From the IMG/VR virus record IMGVR_UViG_3300037222_000084, positions 22,894 to 86,893 of that record: 64,000 nt of DNA; one strand, given 5' to 3'. How positions within the stretch are numbered: the first letter of the stretch is position 1; the number at the start of each line of letters is the position of its first letter. Below, one piece after another: positions 47,474 to 57,308 of the stretch. The notes beneath the pieces were generated by a model. The model was not told the origin of the DNA. It ran no database searches and worked only from the letters and a program-made list of their open reading frames with translations. The stretch comes from a virus. The translations under genes and the position numbers were made by a program.

Positions 47474-47992
47474 TTAAGATTGTCTGGCGAGGTACGAGAA
47501 GGTAAATTGGTGTTTTAGGCGCTTTCTTTGCCCCCTTAGGACCCTGCTGATCTGTTTTGGCTTAACATTGAAGAATTCAGAGCATTCCCTAACCGACTTC
47601 CATTCCTGGCCAGTCTCATTACATTTTATTGGCTTCCAGTGTTTGGCTGTAATTCTATCTCTGGTTTCCTGATTCATAGAAGCCCTATCGCCACCATCGG
47701 TTAAATTATAACCATCAGGGGCCAACGTTTTGAGTACAGCTATCCAGGATTTTTCAGATTCATTTAGAATACTTACCAAATCTTCATGTGAATCGCACTT
47801 GATTTCAGAAATTATTTTGATTTCAAAATTTTCTTTACCGTATTTTTCTATGGCGCTTTTTAGCGCTGCACATCTGCTATATTTTGAAAAATGGGTATTT
47901 AATCTCGCAGCAATTGGTTTTATTGTTTGTCCCACATACGTCTTACCATTGATTTTATTAATAATTCTATATACATAGCCTATATGTCCCAA
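47474..47992 (-). CDS. GIY-YIG homing endonuclease with NUMOD1-like tail
   Basis: GYVYRI.NKINGK.YVGQT, AI.KYG.ENF, GYNL..GG, IKC.ETG. Confidence 0.9.
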   Translation of the reverse strand: MGHIGYVYRIINKINGKTYVGQTIKPIAARLNTHFSKYSRCAALKSAIEKYGKENFEIKIISEIKCDSHEDLVSILNESEKSWIAVLKTLAPDGYNLTDGGDRASMNQETRDRITAKHWKPIKCNETGQEWKSVRECSEFFNVKPKQISRVLRGQRKRLKHQFTFSYLARQS

Positions 47993-49839
47993 TGGAAGCC
48001 CCCGCGTTTGCCGGTTCCGCCACGCATACTGCCGCCCTCTTGTACGCGTTTTGCAATTTCCTCTTTCATCTGCTGATTTGTGGTAGGATTTGGGTTGTCT
48101 TCTGGGCTAGATCTGACATCTGTCCATGCCACTTCGGGTTTGGAACTACCCTTGACAGGGAACAGGTTTTGGCCAATGTAACGTGCAGCATCGGCGATAT
48201 CCGCTATTCCACGCTCATCATCAGGCTCAGTAGTCAAGTTTCCCTGACTGTCCATTTTGAACCGATGTTTTTGGAGTGCTGATATGACTTTTTTGGTGTT
48301 CTGAGTAGCTACAACTTTGAGAAAACGTTTTCCGGTAGCACCAATGATTTTAGCGCGAATGCTGTCGATACCGCCCAGCACATCTTTGGTGAATTTTGGA
48401 GACTTCATGCCATTCTTGTTGAACGACTTGATACTTGAGGGCATAGCTTGGTCGCAGAACCACTTTTGTATTCCGTACTTGTCTCTATATGCCATTGCTG
48501 TTTGGAGTACGTCGGAGAATTCTAAGCCAGGAGCGGCAAAACAGTCGATAACCCAAATCTCGCCAGTGGGCATCTTGCACACTATCAAAATAACAGAGTC
48601 ATGTGTAAATCCCCAATCCACTCCAGCGTAGAAAGGAATGTCCGCTTTTTGAAGCTGATACAGGAGATCCATTTCTGTGACGAATGCCTTAGAGTTCGGC
48701 CCCATCAGTGCTGAATATGCCTCTTTAAGCGTAATCACGTTACCTTTTTCAGGAACCGTACTGAAACGAGGATAAACTAGACCTTCAGATCCAGGCTTCC
48801 AACACATAAGCTGTGCTTCAGCGGTGTCAGGGTCATTCTCTCTGAATTTCTGAATCACAGACACGATAGGCTTGTAGAACCCACCAGTCGCGTGATCTGG
48901 CTTTTGAGATAGTCGCTTCTTACAAACTGGGAGCAGAAGACATTCTTTACATCCGTCGTACACGTCCGTAATCAACTCATATTTGGTTTTTTCAGCGTCA
49001 GGAAGTAGAGCGAATTCCTCTGTGTAAATCTGCTTTAACGGCAGATTCTTGGCCACATACATGTCTCTCACTGGACCATCAGGAAGATGTCGTGAAGGAG
49101 GACACTTCTCTGTAACGTCCAAAATATTCCAGCTGAGAATTTTATAGTTCATTGCTGGTGCTTCGTCAATGGCCTTGGTCATGTTGCCGAAGGCGTATTT
49201 ACGAGTGGACAGGTAGACCTTAATACCGTGGATACCCTTAGAGTATCCAGTGATATTCTTACCCTCTTTAATAGCCTTAGGATCAGCCAAATCAAGTTCG
49301 TCAAGTATCAAAATATTTGAGTGAAGACTGTTCATGCCCTTGGGAGTACAAATTACGATTTTAATGAATGGAGTCTTTCCTTGTGGAGTCTTAAACTTAG
49401 CGAGACGCTTATTTTTGGTTTTATTTTCCCATCCGGCTATGTCCAACAACGGTTGTATTATAGTGAAGAATCCTTCAATATAACCAAGAGCAATTGACGA
49501 CTGATCCTCTGTCGCCGCTGCATGGCCCACTTCTAACTGAAAATGCAGCACAAGTAATACTTCTAGAATAGCGACGGAAACAGTTTTCATTCCTTCGCGA
49601 CAAGACATGAGAATATATCCAGGATTTTTGTCACCAGTGTTATGTTTAAAGGTGTTATAGACTTGGAAGACGCTGTCGAGAGGCGTGCTGGTGCTATCTG
49701 GATCTGTTATCTCTAGTGGTAATTCAAGACCAAGATATAACTTAACCCAGTTTCTTATGTCTTCTGCCGAACTAAGGGGCATGAACATGTACTCAGCTAA
49801 CTTCTTTTGTTCTTCATAGGGCAAAATACTAAAATCCAT
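47980..49839 (-). CDS. terL: terminase large subunit
   Basis: Walker A variant REGMKT, Walker B LILDELD, LSTR coupling motif, GLVYP.F, AGVDWGF, DAARY. Confidence 0.9.
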   Translation of the reverse strand: MDFSILPYEEQKKLAEYMFMPLSSAEDIRNWVKLYLGLELPLEITDPDSTSTPLDSVFQVYNTFKHNTGDKNPGYILMSCREGMKTVSVAILEVLLVLHFQLEVGHAAATEDQSSIALGYIEGFFTIIQPLLDIAGWENKTKNKRLAKFKTPQGKTPFIKIVICTPKGMNSLHSNILILDELDLADPKAIKEGKNITGYSKGIHGIKVYLSTRKYAFGNMTKAIDEAPAMNYKILSWNILDVTEKCPPSRHLPDGPVRDMYVAKNLPLKQIYTEEFALLPDAEKTKYELITDVYDGCKECLLLPVCKKRLSQKPDHATGGFYKPIVSVIQKFRENDPDTAEAQLMCWKPGSEGLVYPRFSTVPEKGNVITLKEAYSALMGPNSKAFVTEMDLLYQLQKADIPFYAGVDWGFTHDSVILIVCKMPTGEIWVIDCFAAPGLEFSDVLQTAMAYRDKYGIQKWFCDQAMPSSIKSFNKNGMKSPKFTKDVLGGIDSIRAKIIGATGKRFLKVVATQNTKKVISALQKHRFKMDSQGNLTTEPDDERGIADIADAARYIGQNLFPVKGSSKPEVAWTDVRSSPEDNPNPTTNQQMKEEIAKRVQEGGSMRGGTGKRGGFHWDI

Positions 49840-50686
49840 GTTTGCTATCCAAAAATGTCAGACATTTTTCTATGCATTTTTCTTTGTCTTCTATCCATTC
49901 CTTGTCTGTTATGTGAATGATCCTAATGCCTCTTGAAAAAAAATAGTCATCTTTTATTTGATGGTAGTTCAACACGTCTTCGTCTGGCCAACTCTTCCTT
50001 TTTGGATCGGATCGCATTTTTTCAAAAGAATGCCAATATGTACCATCAAACTCTATGCCCCTATTTGATTCAGGAACAAAAATATCGACATCAAAGCCCT
50101 TTATATGAGGTTTCGATTCTATTTTCACCTTTCTATCCCTTAATTTAATTGCGTTTGGATACTTCGATTTTATGAAAAACATCAAATCTTTTTCAGATAC
50201 AGACATCGTTTTGTCTTTTGACATATGTTGACAAATTTCGTCTAGCATATGACGCTTTCTTGCTGCTTGGTATGCCCCAAGAGACTTGTTTTCGAACTCA
50301 GCCCTACTTTTATATTTTAGCGCTTCCTCTTTAATATCGCAATCCTTCCACGGATGAGTTGGACTTTCTCCCATATGAACGCATATTTGGTCCAGTATTC
50401 CTCTTTTGTAAGCCGCTTGATATGCGACTCCACTTCTCATAAAATCTATTCTAGTAGAATATTTTAGAGCTTCCTTATATAAAGACGAATCGTCCCATAC
50501 ATACAAAGCGCTATTTTCTCCAGAGCTAATTTGCCATGCCGGTAGCATGTGAGAACAAATTTCATCAAAAATTCCACGTCTGATAGAGGCCATCACAGCT
50601 GCTGCATTGCCGCTTCTAAACGCGCCACGAGTATTATATTTTAGCGCTTCTTCAAAAAGAAGCTCTTTAGTCCATTTTTTTCTCAT
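49829..50686 (-). CDS. PD-(D/E)xK (DUF559/Vsr-like) putative homing endonuclease
   Basis: Three W....L..EALKY..R..F.....AY.AA....LD.IC.HM repeats; DIF.P...GIEFDG.YWH, KD. Confidence 0.85.
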   Translation of the reverse strand: MRKKWTKELLFEEALKYNTRGAFRSGNAAAVMASIRRGIFDEICSHMLPAWQISSGENSALYVWDDSSLYKEALKYSTRIDFMRSGVAYQAAYKRGILDQICVHMGESPTHPWKDCDIKEEALKYKSRAEFENKSLGAYQAARKRHMLDEICQHMSKDKTMSVSEKDLMFFIKSKYPNAIKLRDRKVKIESKPHIKGFDVDIFVPESNRGIEFDGTYWHSFEKMRSDPKRKSWPDEDVLNYHQIKDDYFFSRGIRIIHITDKEWIEDKEKCIEKCLTFLDSKHGF

Positions 50687-50882
50687 ATTTATTTTTTACT
50701 AGCGTCAATAGCTTGGCCTCTTTCTCTTGTTGGCGGTCGTCCTGACGGCCACTATGTTTAATTTTCTTTTTCATGGCCTTGTTTCCGCCATTGGGACCAA
50801 CACATTGTCGGCATTGGCACCCAGTTTTATTCATCCCTTGGAATTTCATCTTCGATCTCTTTCTTGGCTTTCTTGCGGCCAC
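50667..50882 (-). CDS. small basic hypothetical protein
   Basis: GCQCRQC, Lys/Arg-rich. Confidence 0.45.
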   Translation of the reverse strand: MAARKPRKRSKMKFQGMNKTGCQCRQCVGPNGGNKAMKKKIKHSGRQDDRQQEKEAKLLTLVKNKYEKKMD

Positions 50883-50966
50883 GTTTCTTACAGGCTATCT
50901 TTTTCTGTTTCGTGTAGGCTGTGCAACAATAGCACATGTTCTTGGCACGCTTCTGGCCGTATGGTT

Positions 50967-51329
50967 TCATGGCTTGGGTGCTTGATGAGCAAAATAATAA
51001 GTGCCATCTGGTTTATAGAACGTAAGTCCCATAAACAGGTTAAACTGGTGGAGACCACCGATCTTGTCTGGATAAACAGCTCGAACCCAAGTAGAATCTA
51101 TTTTGCTTCCGTCTTCAAACCATGGGTGCTCAAAAGCCAACACGTACTGATTTGACAATGAGGCAACGTGCCGTGGTCCGGTGTAACCCAGATATTTCGT
51201 ATTTGGTGGAAGGAACGGCTTAATAAGCTCAACGTGCTCTTTGATGTTTTCTTCGTTGCTTTTACCAGTGCCAAAGCCAACCATAGATGCTATACAGGAT
51301 ATGCCGTATTCATAAGTCACAAAGCCCAT
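50967..51329 (-). CDS. hypothetical protein
   Basis: Coupled ORF. Confidence 0.55.
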   Translation of the reverse strand: MGFVTYEYGISCIASMVGFGTGKSNEENIKEHVELIKPFLPPNTKYLGYTGPRHVASLSNQYVLAFEHPWFEDGSKIDSTWVRAVYPDKIGGLHQFNLFMGLTFYKPDGTYYFAHQAPKP

Positions 51330-51595
51330 TAGCCAGTAACCTCAAAAAGATCCTTGTTAGTATCTACGCTAAGAATGTCAACCCAGCATCCAGCAGAACA
51401 CGCCATTCTAGCGACCTTAGAGGTGTCGTTGTTTGTAACGGCAATTTTGATCAATTCTCTTGGTTTAAGATAGTCCGTAAATCTATTGAATGCGTCTTTA
51501 TCGAGTAGCACGAATCGTGGATATTTGCCGGTATCTAGTACGTACTGGCTGACTTTGTTGTCGATATAGCTTTGGTCAACCATTTTAATACTCAT
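51329..51595 (-). CDS. hypothetical protein
   Basis: Coupled ORF. Confidence 0.55.
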   Translation of the reverse strand: MSIKMVDQSYIDNKVSQYVLDTGKYPRFVLLDKDAFNRFTDYLKPRELIKIAVTNNDTSKVARMACSAGCWVDILSVDTNKDLFEVTG

Positions 51596-51652
51596 AGTCG
51601 CAAGGAAGAGGTTTGTGGGGCAGTGGAATGCTACGATTAGGATTGTTGCTCA

Positions 51653-53425
51653 TTATGGCCTCTCGTTAGCTTCATTTACATGTGCGTTTGGATTTTCTAC
51701 GTTTCTGGTGAACTCACTGTCCAGCCCAGCTTCGGTGCGCTCAAAAACATCATCCCTAGGATGACATACCATTCCGCCCATAGTACCTAAGATTACCGCA
51801 ATACTTACGGCGTTGCTCAAACTCTCTGAGACGGCTTTGGTGGCGTCAAATAGGCCTAATTCCTCGGCTTTTCCGAATTTCTGGTTTTCAATATCGTACA
51901 CTAAACCGCTGTCCATAACCAGTTTAGATATCACGTCCGAAATCTCTTCTGACGTGTGGCCAGCGTTTTCTAGCAGTCTCAAAGGCAATGACATAAGGGC
52001 TGGAACCAACACGTCTCGTGCGGGATCTCCAATTTCTAATTCAGCTCCTAATTTAAGAGCAAGATCAATTGCGACACGAGCGCCGCCAGGTAGAGCGCCG
52101 TGACTAATAGCAGCACGAACCGAGCACACAGCGTCTTCACAGCGGTCGTGCGCTTCCTTAAGTTCACCATTTGAACCACCGTAGATGGTGAGTTTTGCGA
52201 TTCCATTCGTAATTTTTCCTATGCGTTCTTGTAGCCATGTTTTTTCAAATGCGCTTTCAGGGTTAAGCATCATAGTTTTCAACTCTTCTGCGCGAGCCTC
52301 AATGTTGATAGGCTCTGGATCACCGATAACAGTAGTACGGAAACGATAAGTTTCAATGCTAGTCATTCCAGAGCCAAGGTCTGCCAAAGTAGCAGTTGAG
52401 ATTTGATCTTTCATCCCAAACAGTTTGGCACCAGTGAAAGCAGACAAATCCTGAAGGAAATGCAGCTGACTGTTCACGACTTGAACCATAGGAGTAACTA
52501 GCGGTAGAACATTGATAGTGTTTGGATCGGAGAAATTGAAGGCCAAATTAATAAGGACGTTCTCACTGAATCCATGTGAAAAGATGACCAAATTCTTATA
52601 CTTAGAGTCTTTTTCGTTCATGAACTTATTACCAAGTTCAACGATCAAAGGCATGATTGCAACTAAGTCGTTTACTTGTCCATCGAACAACAAAAACAAT
52701 GGGTCTTCAAGATAGCAACGTTGATTGGCCTGATCGTTGATAAATGCGGTATGAAGCTTGCCGATTGAGTCTTCATAGCCCATTGGAATAGGGAAACCGT
52801 CAATACGTTCAACCGTGTAATTCTTTTTGCCAGACAATTCGCGGATAGTAACGTGTGAAGCGTCGCCGTAGCCAATCTCTTCGAATGCTTTAATAACAGC
52901 AGACGCCATTTCTTCATCGCCATTAGCGCTAATCTGTGCAACCATCTTTAAGAGGTTTTGATTGCTCTCGTCGATTTTGATGCTACGATCAAGAATATAA
53001 GGAACAAGAATAGAATCTGTAACTTTTGCAATCCGACGTGCAGCTTTCTGCGGACTATATTTTGGATTTTTTTCACAGAAGTCGAAAAGGTTCTCAATCA
53101 AAGCGTGGCTGAGCACGGTAGCGGTGGTAGTTCCATCGCCAGCTTCAGAAGCAGTCCGCATAGCGGCGTCACGAGCTTGTTCAATGATTAGATGCTCATA
53201 GGCATCAACCGATCCCAGAGATTTAAACACGGTCACGCCGTCTTTGGTGTTTTTATTGGGAATGCCAGGATAATCGCTTTCGATCAGGATATTTCGTCCG
53301 CCAGGGCCAAGAGTGCGACCGACTGCGCGAGAAACTCGACTCATTGCGCTAAGAACCTTCTTTTTAAGAATTTTCTCGTCTACTTCAAATATCTTAGGTG
53401 CTGATTTAGCTTTGCGACTTGACAT
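51653..53425 (-). CDS. groEL: phage GroEL-like chaperonin
   Basis: TLGPGGRN, TKDGVTV, AGDGTTTATVL, ISANGD, ERI.KI..G.A, EDA...RAA...G.LPG; no GGM tail. Confidence 0.92.
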   Translation of the reverse strand: MSSRKAKSAPKIFEVDEKILKKKVLSAMSRVSRAVGRTLGPGGRNILIESDYPGIPNKNTKDGVTVFKSLGSVDAYEHLIIEQARDAAMRTASEAGDGTTTATVLSHALIENLFDFCEKNPKYSPQKAARRIAKVTDSILVPYILDRSIKIDESNQNLLKMVAQISANGDEEMASAVIKAFEEIGYGDASHVTIRELSGKKNYTVERIDGFPIPMGYEDSIGKLHTAFINDQANQRCYLEDPLFLLFDGQVNDLVAIMPLIVELGNKFMNEKDSKYKNLVIFSHGFSENVLINLAFNFSDPNTINVLPLVTPMVQVVNSQLHFLQDLSAFTGAKLFGMKDQISTATLADLGSGMTSIETYRFRTTVIGDPEPINIEARAEELKTMMLNPESAFEKTWLQERIGKITNGIAKLTIYGGSNGELKEAHDRCEDAVCSVRAAISHGALPGGARVAIDLALKLGAELEIGDPARDVLVPALMSLPLRLLENAGHTSEEISDVISKLVMDSGLVYDIENQKFGKAEELGLFDATKAVSESLSNAVSIAVILGTMGGMVCHPRDDVFERTEAGLDSEFTRNVENPNAHVNEANERP

Positions 53426-53555
53426 TATGTCTCCTTAATTAGCGCGGCCTTTGGCACACGGTATCCGCCCCTAGTGGGGAGATCGCCGCTCAAACCCTTA
53501 TGGTTTTACCTTAGGTCCCTAGCAATGCATCTGGACGCCAGTACCGCGTAAGATA

Positions 53556-53597
53556 CTTATATCACTTCTTGCAAACCGTGTCAATATGAGATATAGT
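53556..53597. promoter_or_regulatory. overlapping divergent sigma70 promoters
   Basis: Minus: TTGACA-N17-TATAAG (53584-53556); plus: TTGCAA-N17-TATAGT (53569-53597). Confidence 0.75.
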
Positions 53598-53602
53598 GTA
53601 TT

Positions 53603-55114
53603 ATGCAATTTGAAATTACCAGTCCTACCAAAGCTTTAGTCCTTGACGCAACAGATCAAGAAATGGCCAGTCTTCGTGATAGTCTTACCTATACTAACAC
53701 GGCAGCGGCCCATGATGTAAAGCGTCATTTTAATAACCGCTGGTTACGCAGCAAAAACAATGCCGCCTGGGAAAGTCGTCTAAACTTTCTCAAGTCAAAG
53801 GTAAAGAATACGCTGGTTTATGAGGATAGTGACGGCAAGACGTTTATTCGTCCAGGATCACTGTCCTATCTTGGCGCAACTGTTGCTAATTACGACAATA
53901 CCACCAACAATGTGGTGTACCCAACTCCAAAGAAAGTGGCATGGGCCAAAAAGCTACCATTTGAGCTGTATCCGTATCAAACGTCCAGCATTGAGAAGCT
54001 AATTCCTATTCAACACGGTAATGTGGAGCTTTGCACTGGTGCTGGTAAAAGCGCAATCATTCTGAACCTTTGCAGAGAGACTGGTTACAAAACTGTTATC
54101 GTAGCGCCATCACGCAGCATTTTTAGAGAATTGATGAAAGCCTTCGAGACCTACCTTGGAAGAGACAAGGTTGGCGGCTTCGGTGACGGAAAACGCAAGA
54201 TCGGTAAGAGATTTACCATTGCAATTGGCGACAGTCTATGCAATGTCAAGCCTGGCACTCCAGAATGGGAATTCTTTAGTAAAGTCGATATGATGATCGT
54301 TGATGAGTCTCACACCTGGGGCGCTGAAACGCTAGAAGATATTTGTCACGGTGTTCTTGCCAATGTTCCAGTCAGATTTTTCATGTCAGGCACCCAGACA
54401 CGCGGCGACGGTGCTGAAAAACTGCTCCAGTCAATTATTGGCAGGACCGTACACACACTGACTACGGCAGAAGCCATTGCAGGTGACTATATCTGTAACC
54501 ACAATTTTACAATCGTACCCGTGAATTCGTCTAATCCCAATTATAATGACGAAGACGTTCTGAAAATGAAAAGAATTCACTTCCTAAACAACAATAACAT
54601 AGCCAAATGGATTGCTCAATTGGCCAATGCAGCGGCTACCGCTAACGGTGAGCAAACGCTTGTACTCGTTGAGGAATTAACTCAACTGAGCATGTTAATA
54701 CCCATGCTGAAAGTGCCATACGCATACGCGCACTCAGAATCTAGCAAACTGAAGCTAGAACCTCTTGGTCTAGAGAAAGTGGACACTGACGAATCCGTTG
54801 AAAAGTTCAATAAGGGCGAGGCTATGGTACTTCTTGGTACTTCTTGCATTGCAACTGGCACCAATATATACCCAACCCATTACGTGGCCAACTGGTGCGG
54901 TGGAGCATCGGAGATCAGGACCAAACAAGGTACGGTGGGTAGATCTGTCAGAAAGGGCAATCAAAATCCATTCAAAGACAAGTGCAAGCCAAAAACCCTG
55001 GCTAGGATATTCGACTTCGACGTTAGAGATGTGTATGTTTTACAACATCACCTGGAACAACGCGAAGCCTACTACGCTGACTCTGGGACAGAAATTAGGC
55101 GTCTAGGACGATAA
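53603..55114 (+). CDS. SF2 DNA helicase (UvsW/Rad25-like)
   Basis: LYPYQ, TGAGKS, VDESH, SGT, GTNI, Q..GR.VR. Confidence 0.9.
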   Translation: MQFEITSPTKALVLDATDQEMASLRDSLTYTNTAAAHDVKRHFNNRWLRSKNNAAWESRLNFLKSKVKNTLVYEDSDGKTFIRPGSLSYLGATVANYDNTTNNVVYPTPKKVAWAKKLPFELYPYQTSSIEKLIPIQHGNVELCTGAGKSAIILNLCRETGYKTVIVAPSRSIFRELMKAFETYLGRDKVGGFGDGKRKIGKRFTIAIGDSLCNVKPGTPEWEFFSKVDMMIVDESHTWGAETLEDICHGVLANVPVRFFMSGTQTRGDGAEKLLQSIIGRTVHTLTTAEAIAGDYICNHNFTIVPVNSSNPNYNDEDVLKMKRIHFLNNNNIAKWIAQLANAAATANGEQTLVLVEELTQLSMLIPMLKVPYAYAHSESSKLKLEPLGLEKVDTDESVEKFNKGEAMVLLGTSCIATGTNIYPTHYVANWCGGASEIRTKQGTVGRSVRKGNQNPFKDKCKPKTLARIFDFDVRDVYVLQHHLEQREAYYADSGTEIRRLGR

Positions 55115-55157
55115 ATAGGCGTTTTTACATGGTTATGTGATATAAGTTCTTGAGGCC

Positions 55158-56240
55158 ATGGTTGGCCAGGGAACACGTATCATGCAGAAGCCTAAGAAAC
55201 ATGACGCATCGTTCGACGATTCATTCTACAAGTTGGCAGGCGAAATAGCTGTCGCGCTAGCCAGAAATAAGACTGAGGAAGAGAAAGGTCTCACCTCTAC
55301 AGAAGCCCAGAAAAGACAAGTAGAAGAATTACTCGATGCTGAAAAGAAATTCAAAGAAGTAGTCCTCAAGTATCGTCAATCGACTGAGGTCTATAAGAAA
55401 TTTTTACAACGAGTCTGTATTCAGAATCGCAATATACTTTCAGCCCGTCCTTATTTCCGTGAAGCAGCTACTACTTTTAGCCAGTCGATAACTCCAGCCA
55501 TAAAAACTAGCAATATCGAGGTGTTGAAGCAGTTCAACATCAATTATCAATTTATCAAATTCATAAAAGACAATTGGCTAGGTCCTTTCCCTAAACGTGC
55601 AGACGAACTGTTTGCTCGCGTCTTCAAAGCTCGCACCATCCTCATTGAAAACAACATGCCATTGGCGGTCAATCGCGCAAAGTTGTTTTACCGCAAAACC
55701 CCGCGAAGTCACTTGACTTTGATGGATTTAATTGGTATATGTAGTATGGGACTAGCAGCTGGCATCGACAAATGGTGCGGAAGTTACACTCCAGTATTCA
55801 GATCAGTTTGCATTGGCCGAATGGTCGGCAATATGATTGACTGCTACAGCGAAACCATGCTACACTTCTATCCATCCGATAAGAGGGTCCTATATAAGGC
55901 CAACTCCATACGTGGTCGCCAAGGCATAGATGAGATCAACGAACTTACAGACGCAGTCAACAAATCTTTCAAGCAAGACGAAAAAGACGGAAAAAGCATT
56001 CCCAAATATGAAGTCAAGGCAGGAGAGTTGAGCGATCTAATGAACGCTGCCAGCACGGTTTCTGCGGACTCTACTGTCAACGATGAAGGATATGGGGTCT
56101 ACAGCTACACTCAAGATGCCAGCCAAGATATCGAGTCAGCTTTTATCGAAAGAGAATCGACCGTAGAAATGCTTATGTATGCGAAACATCTACCGATTTT
56201 GCACCGCAAGGTCCTACGTTTAAAGGGCATCAAAATATGA
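55158..56240 (+). CDS. phage sigma-factor-like protein
   Basis: Region-2-like LIENNMPLAVNRA...MDLI....MGL..GIDKW...FRS; region-4-like LP...RKVL.L; start may be 55182. Confidence 0.7.
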   Translation: MVGQGTRIMQKPKKHDASFDDSFYKLAGEIAVALARNKTEEEKGLTSTEAQKRQVEELLDAEKKFKEVVLKYRQSTEVYKKFLQRVCIQNRNILSARPYFREAATTFSQSITPAIKTSNIEVLKQFNINYQFIKFIKDNWLGPFPKRADELFARVFKARTILIENNMPLAVNRAKLFYRKTPRSHLTLMDLIGICSMGLAAGIDKWCGSYTPVFRSVCIGRMVGNMIDCYSETMLHFYPSDKRVLYKANSIRGRQGIDEINELTDAVNKSFKQDEKDGKSIPKYEVKAGELSDLMNAASTVSADSTVNDEGYGVYSYTQDASQDIESAFIERESTVEMLMYAKHLPILHRKVLRLKGIKI

Positions 56241-56362
56241 AAACCTGCAACTATTGCATGAATCCAACAGAAGCTGAGCGCTATAGCATGTGCTACGACT
56301 GTTGGTGGGAACGAGATCCTAGAAATATTAAAAACGGTGGAACCGTTGACCTGGAGAAGAAA

Positions 56363-56686
56363 ATGGGAGGAATAACGTCTTTAAATAATCGTTTTATCGT
56401 TGAACCATACAAAGGTGATCGTACATTAAAATCCAACGCAACTAGCGGATTTGCAATCGTACAACAGAAGGTGTCCCTAGTCGGTCTCACCCTTTTAGCG
56501 GACGTTGACATTTTAGGCAACGGTACGGCTCTCCATTTCTACAAAGGATCTAAGGTATACATTAAAGAAGAACTTCTGTTCACTCAACCTTGGGCAAAAA
56601 ACGTCTTTGAGAGCGATGCAATTGAAGGAAAGTTCATCATAGTTGATTCTGGCTACGTTGAATTTATCAAGCAGGTGATCCCATGA
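56363..56686 (+). CDS. GroES-like co-chaperonin
   Basis: SLNNRFIVEP, mobile-loop-like TSGFAIV, G.KVY, EGKFIIV; SD GGAG before ATG 56363 (track start 56237). Confidence 0.6.
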   Translation: MGGITSLNNRFIVEPYKGDRTLKSNATSGFAIVQQKVSLVGLTLLADVDILGNGTALHFYKGSKVYIKEELLFTQPWAKNVFESDAIEGKFIIVDSGYVEFIKQVIP

Positions 56687-56925
56687 AATATTTACTATTA
56701 GCCCTATTGTTGACTGGCTGTGCTTCCAATGGTATCAAGGACTTCAACTGCTACAAAGTCAGTGGACCTCAGACAGCCTCTGGCCCTCTCAATAAGCATG
56801 AGTTGGAACGGATGATAAAAGAAACTGATCTGCAAGTGAAGCTGTTCTCAGATAAGCCCGTATACTATGTATGCGAAGAAGTCACCCCAGTGAAAGAACC
56901 TAGACAGTACCCCAAGGGCAAATGA
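56683..56925 (+). CDS. small lipoprotein
   Basis: Lipobox LTGC. Confidence 0.65.
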   Translation: MKYLLLALLLTGCASNGIKDFNCYKVSGPQTASGPLNKHELERMIKETDLQVKLFSDKPVYYVCEEVTPVKEPRQYPKGK

Positions 56926-57308
56926 AGACTTGTAATGTTTGTTATTTAGAAAAAGACAGTAAAATGTTTCAACATGGAACCAGAAGGTGCAAGTCTTGTG
57001 ATTCCAAGAGGGCTTCTGTGTGGAATAAAGCCAATCCACATAAACGAAGAATAGTCAGTAGAAGAAATAAACTGAAAACACAATACGGAATCACGCCAGA
57101 ACAGTACGATGCTATGGTTTTAGCGCAAGATTCTAAATGCTCTATTTGTTTCAAGAAAACGAAACTAGTAATAGACCACGACCATTCGACTGGTAAAATT
57201 AGAGAACTACTTTGTAATAATTGTAACGGGGGAATAGGGTATCTCAGAGATAGTCTCATTAACCTAAAAAATGCCGTTAACTATTTGGAAACACATGCGA
57301 ATACTTAG
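56922..57308 (+). CDS. endonuclease VII-family HNH protein
   Basis: YGIT..QY..M...Q...C.IC, DHDH.TG.IR.LLC..CN..IG. Confidence 0.9.
   Translation: MKTCNVCYLEKDSKMFQHGTRRCKSCDSKRASVWNKANPHKRRIVSRRNKLKTQYGITPEQYDAMVLAQDSKCSICFKKTKLVIDHDHSTGKIRELLCNNCNGGIGYLRDSLINLKNAVNYLETHANT

Noticed and set aside
47474-50686. Group I intron or intein in terL
   Set aside because: TerL ATPase and nuclease motifs are in one uninterrupted 619-aa ORF; the endonucleases flank it
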